Source: Callorhinchus milii
Lineage: Eukaryota
Reading direction: 5' to 3'
Assembly (NCBI RefSeq): GCF_018977255.1
Contig: NW_024704743.1
Coordinates: forward strand, 39,186,001-39,250,000
DNA length: 64,000 bases
In this document: positions 62,754 through 64,000 of the stretch, one piece after another
Numbering within the stretch: position 1 is the first letter of the stretch
Layout of the letters: each line of letters opens with the position of its first letter
The notes under the pieces: model-generated
Told to the model about the DNA's origin: nothing
Seen by the model: the letters and a program-made list of their open reading frames with translations, nothing else
The model's database searches: none
Translations under genes and position numbers: made by a program

Positions 62754-64000
62754 CCAAAGAATTATTGCCAAAAGTAGTGACTGTTTTTTAAGCAACTGGC
62801 TGCAATTGTGCTGCTGGACTGTCATTGATCTTTAGCTTTGATTGAGTAAGCAATCATTATGCCCATAACTGCAAATAATTGTAGAGGAAGATGTATACTG
62901 ATGACTGGGGACATTCAGAGCTGCTGTGCTGGAGGAATTACATTGCAAGACCCAGGCGGTTGAAGCAATGGCACTCATTCATTTCAATTGGATTCATGAG
63001 ACTGAATTAAAGAAACAGTAAATCAGAGTTGGATCAAATTTTAGTGGCATATATTTAGATTAACTTAATAAGCATAATTTTCCACATTACAGTCTTGTGC
63101 AATGCACCACTTGTGAGGTTTTAAGTCGTAAGTTATGCTACGTGGTTCAAGGGTCTTGGCCACAGCTGCTGGCACAACTTTCAGAATATTTGCACATTCA
63201 TTCTCGTATGACTGTGCCTTGCAGCTCCATTGGTTGGCATTCTTGAAGACGCTTAAGAGTTATCTGTGAGTTAATTATTCTCATGGTCTCTTACTTATAC
63301 TTTCTGATTTCAATATCCTTAAATCAGCATGATTTCTCGTGGTCTTGCCATTTTATGATAAGATTACAGTTTTCTCCTGGCTCTTTTCTCCCAGCTTATT
63401 CTCCTGTGGCCTGTACCATGTTCTGCTGCACTTATCCTCCTCCACATTGAGCTCCTGAATGCAGACAGACATGTGGCCCTGTGCCACTGGGTAGTTTTAT
63501 ACTCTTGAAATCAAACCATCACTTCACAATTGTATTCTCCATTTAAATAGTGGAAAACTGTAGTAGCAGTTTGGAGTCAAATTTAAACAATAGAGCAAGT
63601 TGGCTTGGATTATCAAAAAATCAAACTGAATTCATGGTTCTGCTTTTTCTCAAAGTACTTACAAAATAATTATAGGAAGAGTCACAAGATGTTACCATTT
63701 CCCTAAACTTTGCAGAAAAATCCGTATTTTTAGAAAGTGTATTTAGATATATACTCTTTAAGCTCTACTTTCAGCCATCTATGTTTCTTCAACATAATAA
63801 AAATGTGTATTATTCATTTTATAAAGTTTCAATTAAATATCAGCTCTAGTAGGAGATGCTTGCGAGCTTTCTGGCAATGGTTTGAAACAGCATAAGATTC
63901 AACTATGCTCCGAAAGAGATTACTTGAAAGGAATCTTTAGCCAGAGTTCACAAATCACAATGAATCTTGGGGGTAAAATAGCCACTAATTTCATTGAAAT

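Overview
Eukaryotic, repeat-rich vertebrate genomic DNA, most consistent with a cartilaginous fish (inferred from the repeat mix of L2 and CR1 LINEs plus tRNA-derived Deu-domain SINEs; a chimaera is my best guess, unverified). No complete protein-coding gene can be recognised. The ORF track is dominated by degraded L2 reverse-transcriptase fragments and low-complexity frames. The main non-repeat structure is a ~5 kb transposon-free, CpG-enriched, G-skewed region (~29.0-34.1 kb) that looks like the promoter/5' end of a + strand gene. It holds two or three candidate alternative first exons (donors at 29669, 31522, 33964) and a 19-bp-unit minisatellite, followed by what would be a very long first intron. 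I found no convincing new biological system. The most interesting observations concern repeat biology: a SINE with a near-intact tRNA cloverleaf whose subfamilies differ in anticodon loop, a covarying 3' stem-loop shared by SINE and L2, a young L2 subfamily with a variable internal VNTR, a 172-bp TA-flanked MITE nested in a CR1, an unclassified ~500-bp repeat family, a template-switch hairpin, and recurrent 70-100 bp local direct duplications. Repeat boundaries are read by eye and approximate. Family names come from recalled consensus sequences, not database searches.
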